Below are positions 1 through 10,987 of a stretch of DNA of 48,357 nt, one piece after another. The position numbers and the translations under genes are program-made. Below the pieces are notes generated by a model. The model saw only the letters and a list, made by a program, of their open reading frames with translations, was not told the origin of the DNA and did no database searches. Each line of letters starts with the position of its first letter. Positions within the stretch are counted from its first letter, which is position 1. Source of the stretch: Chiloscyllium plagiosum (taxonomy: Eukaryota); the NCBI RefSeq assembly GCF_004010195.1, contig NC_057752.1:8889478-8937834 (forward strand), given 5' to 3'.

Positions 1-186
1 GTGAGGTTGGGGTTGGAACGGAGGGAGTGGAGGGCTGCACGTTCCGAGGGTGAGAGGTTGGAGTGGGTGAGAGGGGTGGAGAAGTTGAGGCGGTTAATGT
101 CGCGGCGGCAGTTGGCTATGAAGAGATCGAGGGCGGGTAAGAGGCCAGCACGGGGTGTCCAGGTGGATGGGGTGTGTTGGAGGCGG
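1..186 (-). mobile_element. Penelope-like element, N-terminal RT region; continues left of window
   Basis: Minus strand reads RLQHTPSTWTPRAGLLPALDLFIANCRRDINRLNFSTPLTHSNLSPSERAALHSLRSNPNLT, the NLS..E..AL..L..N segment that precedes IKPADKG in PLE RTs. Confidence 0.8.
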
Positions 187-716
187 TTCAAATCCTGTTG
201 GTGTTCAAATCCTGTTTATTTAAGATGACTTGCTGTTTACTGTGAAATTTGTGTTTGCATTATATTGGGTTCAACCCTGGATCTCTCAAATGAATTTGCA
301 TGTAAAAGCCTTTAAAAACAAAGAATGGGCTGTGATAGCTGCATGCAAAGCTGAAAACTAACCATGGGTGAGTTGATGAAGGTTAATTGCAGTGTGCTAG
401 AATGTGTATTCACTGTCCAGACTCTGTTTTATTTGCCACAAAACAAAAGACATCTTGCACACACATCTCAGAATAGAGCTAGCTAATGTAATGTTTGATA
501 TAAATTTACCTGAATTCCTTTTTTCAAAACCAAATCCTTGTCTTTGTTATTTAATTTCCTTCTGATCTTCCACTCCCATTCCCATGCTTCTAAGTTTTTT
601 TGTCATGAAGGAGGGAGAGTGGATGAATTGGATGCCACTGCAATTATTCCATTCAACAACAAGCATTGTCCTGAGGTGGCCAGAGAGCCATTTACAGCCT
701 GCTCTCCTCCAATTCA

Positions 717-1344
717 AATCATAGAGTTGTACAGACCCTTCGGTCCAACTCGTCCATGCTGACCAGATATCCTAAATTAATCTCATCCCATTTGGCCCAT
801 ATCCCTCCAAACCCTTCCTATTCATATATCCATCCAGATGCCTTTTAAATACTGTAACTGTACCAGCCTCCACCACTTCCTCTGGCAGTTCATTCCATGC
901 ACGCACCACACTCTTTGTGAAAAGTTTGCTTCTTAGATCCCTTTTATATCTTTCCCCTCTCACCCTAAACCTATACCCTCTAGTTTTGGACCCCCACATT
1001 CGAGGGAAAAGACTTTCTCTATTTATCCTATCCATCCCCTTAATAATTTTATAAACCTCTATAATGTCACCCCTCAGCCCCCGCTGCTCCAGAGAAAACA
1101 GCCCCAGCCTATTCAGCCTCTCCTTTATAGATCAAATCCTCCAACCTTCGCAACATCCTTGTAAATCTTTTCTGAACCTTTTCAAGTTTCACAATACCCT
1201 CCCTGTAGCAGGGAGACCAAAATTGAATACCGCTTTATAAAACTGGCCTAACCAATGTCCTGTGCAGCTGCAATATGACCACCCAACTCCTATACTCGAT
1301 GCACTAACCAATAAAGGAAAGCATACCGAACACCACCATCACTA
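717..1344 (-). mobile_element. CR1 (HER1-like) LINE, 3' fragment
   Basis: ORF 772-1035 RGYRFRVRGERYKRDLR...WNELPEEVVEAG...FKRHLD, the CR1 ORF2 C-terminus; ctctatga tail. Confidence 0.9.
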
Positions 1345-1621
1345 CATATGAAGGCTCATGTCACCTGAAAATCTCATCAGATAATCTACTTTGAAACTGG
1401 TCTTCAATTGTATACATAAAGTAATAAAGGCTGCACTGGGAATAAAATTATTCGTTAAGTGTTCTCAGATTGGGAAATACTGACAAACAAGCCACACCCC
1501 AGTTTTCTTCTATTTAAGGTGGAACATATATGGCTATGAAACTTAGTCATCTGCTTTAAGGACCCATTTTATATCAAGGTATTGCCAGACTAATGAGAGG
1601 TGTGGCCGTAGTGACACATTT

Positions 1622-1923
1622 ATAGAGTCATAGAGATATACAGCATGGAAACAGATTCTTCGGTCCAACTCGTCCATGCTGGCCAGATACCCTAACCCAA
1701 TCTAGTCCCACCTGCCAGCACCTGGCCCATATCCCTCCAAACCCTTCCTATTCGTAAAACCATCCAGATGCCTTTTAAATGTTACAATTGTACCAGCCTC
1801 CACCACTTCCTCTGGCAGCTCACTCCATACACGTACCACCCTCTGTGTGAAAAAGTTGCCCCTTAGGTCTCTTTTATATCTTTCCCCTCTCACCCTAAAC
1901 CTATGCCCTCTAGTTCTGGACTC
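1622..1923 (-). mobile_element. CR1 LINE, 3' fragment
   Basis: ORF 1702-1893 matches the same ORF2 C-terminus; ctctatgactctat tail. Confidence 0.9.
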
Positions 1924-2043
1924 CTGAAGAAGGGCTTATGCCTGAAACGTCGATTCTCCTGCTCCTCGGATGCTGCCTGGCCTGCTGTGTTTTTCCAGCA
2001 CCACATTTTTCAACTCTGGTCTCCAGCATATGCATTCCTCACT
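1921..2043 (+). ncRNA. Penelope pseudo-LTR fragment with minimal type I hammerhead ribozyme core (1924-1951)
   Basis: CTGAAGA-A-GGGC-TTAT-GCCT-GAAAC-GTC, followed by the same ggatgctgcctg...ccagcaccac...ctccagca tract found after the GIY-YIG ORF near 8400. Confidence 0.75.
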
Positions 2044-2111
2044 ACCACCATCGCTATCCTGTCTACCTGCAAATCTACTTTCAAGGAAGTATGAACCTGC
2101 ACTCCAAGGTC
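2044..2111 (-). mobile_element. CR1 ORF2 fragment continuing the copy that stops at 1344
   Basis: Reverse complement aligns with CR1 20103-20170 (gaccttggagtgcaggttcata...gtaga.aggatag). Confidence 0.75.
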
Positions 2112-2439
2112 ATCAAAAAAAAGACTTACAGTCTGAATCTTTGTGCTCAGTTCTGTGTTTTACATGAATATGTGTACTATGGCATCGCTAATGTTTTATG
2201 TAGCTGATAGATGCTGCTGAGTACCACATGAGTAGAACATTTTAATTGGGTCGGGAAGCGTTGAATTTAGGAACTGGCATCTATTGCAGTGCATTAATGC
2301 AGAACAATGGTGCATATAATTCACCTCAGACTCTGCCCTCAATATAAAAAGCACCATTTTAAATGAAGATCTAAAGTATTCCACGTCCCAATTTGGAGGA
2401 GCAGACCTGACGCCCGCAAATTTAAAATTATTGTTCTTC

Positions 2440-2735
2440 TGTCCAAATATCTCCAAAAGCCTTTCCTCTGTGTATCTCTGTAGCGTCTTCAACGCACATG
2501 TCCCTTAAAAGAAATTCTCTCATTTCCCCAATCTTGGCTCCTCTGCCTGCCCCACTTTCTTTATAGGCCATCAGGACTGGAATTCTGTCTCTGAATCTTG
2601 CTGCTACTCTTTCGCCTTTAAGGCACTCATTAAAACATACATTTGACCAAGCTTTTATCCAAATATTCCCCAGTGGCTTTGTTTCAAATTTCTGTTATTT
2701 TAAAGGCACTGCATCAATGCAACTGTATTGTTTCC
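2440..2735 (+). mobile_element. Old L2-like LINE 3' end; a similar relic lies at about 41680-41880
   Basis: ctggaattct...cctttaaggcactcattaaaacatac.tttgaccaagctttt...aaaggcactgcatcaatgcaa, an L2-type tail; highly diverged. Confidence 0.4.
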
Positions 2736-2819
2736 ATTTCCAATACCAGCTCAATACTGTGACCTCTGAGTGAGATTGCTGACTTAGTATTATTCAGTGA
2801 TAGCTTTGAATTTTTATCA

Positions 2820-3045
2820 TCAGGATGTGAATAATTGATTGCCTGTCCCTAATTGCCCTAAAACCGCTGCAGTCTATGCTGTGTATTAGGGAGGGAATTG
2901 CAGGATTTCGACACCCAGGAACAGCAATTATATTTCCAAGCCAGGATGGTGAATGGCTTGAAGGGGAAACTCGATGGTGGTGTTCTCATGCATCTGCTAC
3001 CTTGTCCTTCTACATGGTCGAGGTCATTGGTATGGAAGGCTTGGT
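2820..3045 (-). mobile_element. 3' fragment of the LINE family seen at 24720-25335; other copies at about 7290-7510 (-) and 39860-39980 (+)
   Basis: Reverse complement matches ccttcca.accc.atgacc...aaggacagcagatgc.tgggaacaccacca...cttggaaatat at about 25055-25170. Confidence 0.65.
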
Positions 3046-3159
3046 GAATGGCTGTGGATTTAACCTGCTAGGAAACTGAGTCGGGCTGCCCAGCACCTGT
3101 CTCAGCCAATAGGAAGTGACAACTTTAATCCAATCAATTTGGGCTGAAGTTAAAGACAA

Positions 3160-3337
3160 AAAAAAACCTGCAGGTGCTGGAATCCAAAGTAGACAAGCAG
3201 GAGGCTGGAAGAACACCACAAGCCAGGCAGCATCAGGAGGACTGAAGAAGGGTTAGTACCCAAAATGTTGACTTCTCCACCTCCTGATACAGCCTGGCTT
3301 GCTGTGTTCTTCCAGCCTCCTGCTTGTCCACTTTAGG
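3160..3337. mobile_element. Fold-back Penelope pLTR with about 57-bp inverted arms and a decayed hammerhead in the loop
   Basis: 3184-3240 is nearly the reverse complement of 3280-3337; loop CTGAAGA-AGGGT-TAGT-ACCC-AAAATGTT. Confidence 0.75.
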
Positions 3338-5459
3338 CTGAAGTTAAGCCTTGGTCTCGGAGAGCAGGTAACAAGCACCAGCTCACTATTTGACCCTGTT
3401 CCTGATTTTGTACCATTTGTATATTGATGCGGAGAAGCTGCTGGCTTTAAATTATTAACATACTGAAAATTTTCTGCAGGTCTGTGTTCCGGCTTTTGCA
3501 TCTTGCAAAAAAAAAATTATTCCAATCCTTGCCCAAGGATGCAAACATTACTCATGGAAAAGGTGAATGTGTTGCTTAAGGATTTTTTAAATAGTACGGA
3601 CCAAATTAGAAAGGAAAATATGACTGTTAGTGTTGGGTGGCAGGGGGTTGTACGTAAAGTCCAGGGCAATTTATGCATGCTGACATGTCTGACAACTACC
3701 TCGCACATGTGAAAATTGGATCGGACAAGAATTCTTTTTGATTTACACATATGTCTTTTTATAATTAAGTTACAGATCAGGTGGCTGATTGACCAAAAGA
3801 TCAGTTGGACTCAGACACTTTTTAATCTCCTTTTTATTGTTAGATTTGCAAATATTTAACTGAAGTATTCAAATACCACCACACCTTCATGTTAATATGA
3901 TCAGTTCCATGCCTTTTGACAACAACACTCTGGGAAGAAGGGAGTACTTAAAGGGAACTTGCCATCACATTACAGTATCATCTGGATGAAGTTGCCTGTA
4001 TATTGCATGGTATGTTATGTTGTATAGGTATTGTATGCAAACCATGATAGCTAAAGCCTATGATAGGTTAACTTGTGTTTTCTATGCCAATTATCCTGGA
4101 CCTTTTTTTAATCCCCAAGACAAATTGTATTCAGACCTCCCTTTAATGTCTGATTAATTGTATAACAGGCAAACTGAGGCATTCACTGTGTTACATAAAG
4201 TGATTTCATTTTGCTTTGGAGACTTTATTTCACCTTTTCAAGGTCAAGTATATGGTGGAAAATGGTTGGTTTTCTTGTTCAGGCGGCTTCTTTTGCACTG
4301 TACAATTCCAATGCAGTTATCAAACAGGATAAAAAGGGATTATTTTATTTTCTGCTTATGTAGAGGCACAGCAGAAGCACTTTTTTTTCCCCCTAAGAGA
4401 TGTATACTATATATTTCAGCTTGTACACAACTAGTACTTAGCAGCAGGAACTGACTAGAAACATTGAGCAGAAACTCTTCCAGAATATTCTTCCCTGCTT
4501 GCTCAATTCTTTAAATATATGCTTTTTGGTTTCAGTATAACTATCTTGAGCATGTCAATGTTTAGTTCCTGATGCAGCAACATGGTACCTCTGATCATTG
4601 CAGAGACATGCAGCTCACTGGGTTTTCAGTCAAGTGTTGTTAGTACTTCAGAACAGAATCTTTGGGCTCAGTTGTATTGTCCCCTGTTGGTATTGTAGGT
4701 GTTTCAAACCTGGAAAAGGAGTGTCTGCTGCATCCAGTTCATGTCAATATTTGCTTGTGATGTGATACTGAATGACACACACACACACACATCAGGTAGG
4801 TTTCCATAGCATGCGGTGGCACCCTTTGGACAGCAAGAAAAGTGAAAAGTTAAAAGACCGTAAGGGTGATCAGAATTATTGGTACAAGTGGTGCTCCTTG
4901 ACAGCAAGTTACAAAGCTGTTACTGCACTCCAGATCAGAATTGTTATCATGTCACAAATTTGCTATTATAGGTGGTGATCTTCATTACCTAAAGGTAGGG
5001 CATATTGGAACTTATACCAAGGCTGAGGGAAAACTATTAGCCAGAGTTTTGTGTGCTGAGTATGCTGCATCCGATTATGGTGAAAAATGTCACACTGTTT
5101 GAAATGGTGTTGAATGTTGCATCATCCCATCCATAGTATTTCCCTCCAGTGTTCTGTTGGAAAGTGGCAACGGCTTTGCAGTAGATGATACTAAGTGTGT
5201 ATTTGCATTAAATCAAAGGAACCAAATATATAAATTAATCCTTTTAATTCATGGTATTCAGTATGAAAACTACCAACCTTTGCATTTCTTGAGATTTTGT
5301 AAAGTTTTTGTCCCTTAGAAAAATCAGAATACCTAAACTAGTATTGTTCCATGTCTATAGGAAGTGGACTTCCTTGACAGGCATGTGCCTAGGGTAGGAA
5401 TCAGTGATATTTCAGTGAAATATTCTGTTGGAGTCAAATTATAAGAGCAGTAATGACGG

Positions 5460-5560
5460 TAAAATACCACAGATGTTGGAGATCTGAAATAAAAACGAAG
5501 TGCTGGAAATACTCAAGCAAGTCTGGCAGTCTTAGTGAAGAGTTAATGTTTAGAGTCAAA
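5460..5560 (-). mobile_element. Decayed Penelope pLTR-type fragment
   Basis: cagatgttggagatctgaaataaaaacgaagtgctggaaat...caagtctggcag is reverse-complementary to 8758-8820. Confidence 0.5.
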
Positions 5561-6816
5561 CTTCACAAGACCTCACACTGCTCAAACTTATTTGATTCCT
5601 AACTCTGTCAATGCCTCAATCTCCAGCCCTTTTTATGGTTATGTTCCTCAGTCAATATTATTGGGACTGCTGTTGTCTTGATTTCAGGGAGTCTTGTTGC
5701 CAAAACTGGAGACTCGTCTTGCGATACTCAATGCAGCTTTTTGCTGCAGTGATGCTGTAATGAGTTATTCATTGTAGATCAGTAAATGATGTCACAATGG
5801 CTCCTATTTCTGAACCATCTTGGCTATCGTGCAAGAAAGCAGGAAGAGGAGCTGTGTAGAATGTTTTTGCAGAAAGAATTCTTTTCATTTCTGTTCTGCT
5901 TAACACTTCACTGAGTTTTTTTCATATAAAAGGCTCACATTCCTTAATTCTAAAGCTCACTAGTCACAGTTCAGACTTGTTCTTTCTGAGGAGCAGTTTG
6001 CTGTTTTAATTATCTAAAAATATAAACTGCAAAAACAGAAAAATCCAGTCCTTCTAATTTCCTCCTTTTGGGTTCGATTAACCCTACTGAGAGAAGTGTG
6101 ATAAAGTCATGATTCTGCAGTTTTCATTCTTCTTGCACACTCCCTCCCCTTGTTTTTTTTTGAAGGGGAAATCATTCCCACATCATATTGATGATGTGTT
6201 CTCTGGTCTCTGTCACTGATATTCCATTCAGACCATGTAGAAAACAAGCAAAAGCTAACTGACAGCTTCAAGGAACAAAGCTGCCAGCTCCCTGAAATGG
6301 GCCTGTTATGTAACCACTCAGAGAGTGCATTTGGGCCATGAATGTAATCCTTGGGTAAACTCCAACAATCCATCAGATATATAAAAATCCTTTACTAAAG
6401 ATCCTCAAACCATCAACCACCCCAAACTTCAGAGGTATTTTTCATCTCCAATGTTGATGCCAGTGGTCCTCTGCTTTCTATTCCCTCTTCCTTACTTGAC
6501 TCACTCTTCACATTACAGGTGGAAACTGCTAATCAAACAAAGCTGGTTGAGTTCTAGCCCATAGCATTTGACAGAATTTATCTCTTTGTGCCCACTCTCT
6601 CTTTTCCTCAAAGAGGAGCAGCTGTATTGGGAGGGTATCAGCCAGGTGCGAAACGGATCTGTTATTTGCAAAAGTTGGCACTGACTCCCAAATGCTAGTT
6701 TGCAGACCTTTAGTATACCACTGTCTATTTGAACTGAAAGCATTTAACCCAAGGTATGCTGATACTTCTGCTAAATGAGAAATGTCACACAAGCACGCTA
6801 AGCATTAATAGACCAT

Positions 6817-7141
6817 ACAGTCATAGAGATGTACAGCAATGGAAACAGACCCTTTGGTCCAACTCGTCCATGTCGACCAGATATTTCAATTTAATCTAGT
6901 CCCACTTGCCAGCACCCGGCCCATATTCCTCCAAACTGTTCCTATTCATGTACCCATCCAGATGTCTTTTAAATGTTACAATTGTACAACCCTGTGTGTG
7001 AAAAAGTTGCCCTTTTGGTCTATTTTATATCTTTCCCCTCTCACCCTAAACCTATGCCCTCTAGTTCTGGACTCCCCCACCTGAGGGAAAAGACTTTGTA
7101 TGTTTATCCTATCCATGCCCCTCATAATTTTGTAAACCTCT
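6817..7141 (-). mobile_element. CR1 LINE, 3' fragment with internal deletion
   Basis: Highly similar to 1622-1923. Confidence 0.88.
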
Positions 7142-8066
7142 GTTTCACTTCATCTGCTTTTTGCCGCAGTGTAATCCCAGCTTTTATGAGACTGTGCTGA
7201 TTCATCCCACTGAGGGTGGAGAATGGGTTGATCAAAAACCTATCCATTTGTAAAGCTGCAAAATTATTTTGGGCTTTTAAAAAATAATTTACAGGATGTG
7301 AACATTGCTTGCATATATTGCCCATACCCAGTTTCCCTGTCGCTTTGAACTACTACTGTCCATTAAGCATGTTCACTACTTTGCCATTGGGTAGAGAATT
7401 GCAGAATTTTGACAGTGGCTAGGAGGGATCTGTATTGGATATCTAAGTCGAGATAGTGGGAGATCTGAATATGATGTGCTCCTATGCATCTGTTGCCCTT
7501 GTTCTCTTGGTAATGTACATTTCTAAAGCACATTTTAATCCCATTCTCCCCTGAAGTTACTGATACTCCAGTGCTATAAATTTACACAGATGCAAACAGT
7601 CCTCTCATATTCAGTCACCATTCTTCACGTGCAGAAATAGTAGTTGTTGAGACATTTTGGTTTTCTAAGAGGAAATTACTCCAAGGTAGCTCCTGGCTCA
7701 GGGTATCTGAAATGGAGTGCAGCTGAACTTTAAATATAGCCGCAGTGACTTGTAGACCAGAAAATCCCAGCACTGGCGGGAATATCACCTCTCCTACCAC
7801 TTGACTGCACAAGCAGAATGCCAAAAGTTACATAATCAATGAGGTGAGAAACAGAAGATTGCATGAGAAAAATTGCCTTGTGCTGTGAAACTCCCCAAAC
7901 ATAACACAGCCTAAAGTTAGGAAAATCAAGTCCATGGATTCAGTTTGGCTTTGGGAAGTTTATTAGCGTTTGTAACTGGGCTAGCTAATATCCAGTACAA
8001 ACCGTACACGACAAACAGTACAGACACCAGCAGAGTTCAGACCCGAACAGGACAAACAGTACAGAC

Positions 8067-8535
8067 CCACATCCATCAAAGTTTTACCTGCACATCCACT
8101 AATATCATTTATTGTATTCGTTGCTCCCGATGCGGTCTCCTCTACATTGGGGAGACTGGGCGCCTCCTAGCAGAGTGCTTTAGGGAACATCTCCGGGACA
8201 CCCGCACCAATCAACCACACCGCCCCGTGGCCCAACATTTCAACTCCCCCTCCCACTCTGCCGAGGACATGGAGGTCCTGGGCCTCCTTCACCACCGCTC
8301 TCTCACCACTAGACGCCTGGAGGAAGAACGCCTCAACTTCCGCCTCGGAACACCACCCCCCCCCTCCTCTAGCTTATCTCTCCACGCTTCAGGCTCACTG
8401 CCTTTATTCCTGATGAAGGGCTTTTGCCCGAAACGTCGATTTCGAAGCTCCTTGGATGCTGCCTGAACTGCTGTGCTCTTCCAGCACCACTAATCCAGAA
8501 TCTGGTTTCCAGCATCTGCAATCATTGTTTTTACT
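8067..8535 (+). mobile_element. 5'-truncated Penelope-like element (Neptune-type): GIY-YIG endonuclease plus pLTR
   Basis: FTCTSTNIIYCIRCSRCGLLYIGETGR...FREH...PVAQHFN...RRLEEERL.FRLGT; flanked by 12/13 direct repeat at 7982-7994 and 8536-8548. Confidence 0.9.
8406..8441 (+). ncRNA. Minimal type I hammerhead ribozyme with intact core
   Basis: attc-CTGATGA-A-GGGC-TTTT-GCCC-GAAAC-GTC-gatt; palindromic ACGT at stem III; predicted cut after 8437. Confidence 0.8.
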
Positions 8536-8702
8536 TAGCTACTATCCAAATCTGCCTGCCTATATTTACGTTTCCACTGATCATCTGTAGCTGATTTCTG
8601 TTGTTTGCCATTGCCTAAATTTAGAGGCCAGTTGTGTCCATAAAATTACTTGATTTCTTTTTAAAATGTAAATGTTTGCATACTGATGAAAATAGTCAAG
8701 AG

Positions 8703-8832
8703 CTCTGATGAAGTGTCATCTAAACTCAACGTAGCTTGCTATCTCTCTCCATATATACTGCCTGACCTGCTGTGATTTCCAGCACTTTTTGTTTTCAGTA
8801 CAGATTCCAGCATCTGCAATAATTTGCTCCTA
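8703..8832 (+). mobile_element. Older Penelope pLTR with decayed hammerhead
   Basis: CTGATGA-AGTGTCATCTAAACTC-AACGT, then ctgcctgacctgctgtgatttccagca...ccagcatctgca. Confidence 0.6.
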
Positions 8833-10304
8833 AAATGTATATCAAGATGTATAACAGCTGCAGTTCAAATATGCACTGCGTTAGACCTTGTTAGGGGGTG
8901 ATGTACATCGCACTGTAGATGAACTATTCCTTAGAATTCCTTTCTGTAGTGGCTTTGACTTTGATGGTTTTTGGTTTTAGCCTTGATGTAATGGTGATTG
9001 GAATGGGTAAGAAACCCTGGTGGACAACTCCCTGTGGTTTCTGGCGTGCAATATGATAAAAGGGGAAATATAGTTTTCTGAAATATTTTTCCACTCTCAA
9101 CATTCATAAGTATGTAAGCTTTAAGTTCAAGAAAAATCTCATCTTATGAATTTGCACTGCACTACATTACATGTTTTACAAATCAATTGTGACCCTTCAT
9201 AGTTTGTAACCTTCATTCAATTTCAGTCCAAATGGATGGACTGAGTTAAATCCCTTCTTGGTCAACTGTGAGTTTCTTGATTGAAAAGGAGGAAGGATTC
9301 TCATTCTTAGTGAATGGAAGTCATGTTGTTTAACCTTCAGTCACTTTAATCTCTGCTTGAGTTATGTTTACTGTAAATATTTATGAAAATGATTCATATG
9401 GTGAATACGTGTCAATTTTTAGTTGAGTTAGCTGATCTCTGACTAACACAGACAGAGATTGACCTCTTGTTCTAAGTTCAGGAACTGGGGAGAAATTTTG
9501 CAGCTTCCACCTTTTATTTAGTTATGCAGTGATCCCAAGTAGAAAGAGTGTGTTTAGATTAGGTCAAATATGCTCGAGCGAAGAACCTAAGTAAACTGCA
9601 AGTACAACTAAAACATTAGACATCTGCTTTGAAGTGTGCACGTCCTGGCTGTTGTGTCATAAACCATATAAAGTCTTGGGTTTTAAACTGTTGCTAATCG
9701 ATAAGCCAGGGCATTGGTGCAGCTACTGTCACTACCGTTTCTATTTACAATTCACTATTTCCTGTAAAATGTAAACTTTTTCAGGCAAGGAGTACAGTAT
9801 GCAAAGTAAATAATTGATTTATTTTCTGTTATGGATGGAGTCAAGTCAGCAGCTATTTTACATGGAGCCAGGCAAAACGGAAGGACTCCTTATGATCAAT
9901 CTCACTCAGGAGAGCAACGATCAGCCCCCCCCTCCTGTCTATTCATCCCATCACCTCACAATGGGATTTGACCAGTGACCTCTTCCAGAAAGACATCAGC
10001 CTGAAATTCATCTTATTGAAATGGTTGGGCATTTTTGGAATAATAGATATCCTGATTTTGGGATAGGATGGAAAAGATTTTATTGGGACACCGATGTATG
10101 GAATAGACTGTCTACACTTTGCTATGTTTCCATGTGTTTTTGTTTCTGTGTAAACACTGATATTGAGGGAATTGTATTCCACCAAGCGTTCATTCCATCA
10201 GGGCAAGAGGGGAGGTAATGGAGATCGGGAAACTGTGGTTAGTCTGAAAAAAATTATCATTCTTTTTTTCCAGATTCCTACATCAGAATTTTGAAAACCA
10301 AATC

Positions 10305-10340
10305 ATGGAGTGGCCTTCAACTGTGCAAGCTTCACTGTGA
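10305..10340 (+). promoter_or_regulatory. Upstream ORF in GALNT6 5'UTR (MEWPSTVQASL*)
   Basis: aatcATGG...TGA lies inside exon 10274-10898 and ends 67 nt before the main ATG. Confidence 0.5.
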
Positions 10341-10407
10341 ATAAAACTGATCAGCTCTAAAGGAAATTCATACTGCTACCGTTGAGTAACATATTTAACC
10401 AGCAATC

Positions 10408-10898
10408 ATGAGGCTGTTTTTTAGGAAACGATTTGGTCCAGTCAAACTTGCCATGGTTAGCGTAATATTTATGATCTTTATTTTCATACTTCAAAGAGAT
10501 ATTGTCAAACGAAGCCCAAAGGATGACTCTTGGTTTAAAGACTTGTCAGGCGGGAAAGACCGCATGCTGGGAATTATGTTCGGAGCGGTGAACAATATCC
10601 GAGATTCGATGCCCAAGTTTCAGATCATTGCTCCAGATCGAGGACAAGAGATTGTTGATGATAGCAAGTCCTGCTTACCGGGGTTTTACACTGGGGCAGA
10701 ACTGAAGACCTTCCTTCCTCGCCCTCCCGAGGATCCTAATGCACCTGGTGCTGATGCAAAGGCATTTCACACAGACAATCTCTCACCAGAGCAACAGGAG
10801 GAGAAAACGCGCGGCCTTGACAAACATTGTTTCAATGCTTATGCCAGTGATCGCATCTCCTTACACAGGGCCCTCGGACCAGACACACGGCCTCCAGA
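10408..10898 (+). CDS. GALNT6: GALNT6 first coding exon (cytoplasmic tail, TM anchor, stem, start of catalytic domain); exon begins at 10274 with 5'UTR
   Basis: MRLFFRKRFGPVKLAMVSVIFMIFIFILQRD type II TM; NNIRDSMPK, SCLPGFYT.AELK, HCFNAYASDRISLHRALGPDTRPPE. Acceptor ttttttccag ends 10273; donor GA|gtaaga. N-terminus and later motifs resemble GALNT6 more than GALNT3. Confidence 0.92.
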
Positions 10899-10937
10899 GT
10901 AAGAGATCCAACATTTCCATTTGATCCAATTGTTAGG

Positions 10938-10987
10938 GTTGGGACTCGGGATTTTGTTGATGGTTGGGACTCGGGATTTTGTTGATG
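10938..10987. repeat. Perfect 2 x 25-bp tandem duplication
   Basis: gttgggactcgggattttgttgatg repeated twice, about 40 nt into the intron. Confidence 0.9.

Noticed and set aside
1..228. Arg-rich 75-aa ORF on the + strand
   Set aside because: Antisense shadow of Penelope RT coding sequence.
7945..8466. 173-aa ORF as a standalone GIY-YIG nuclease gene
   Set aside because: Chimera of flank, junction filler and truncated Penelope end; non-ATG start and decayed C-terminus.
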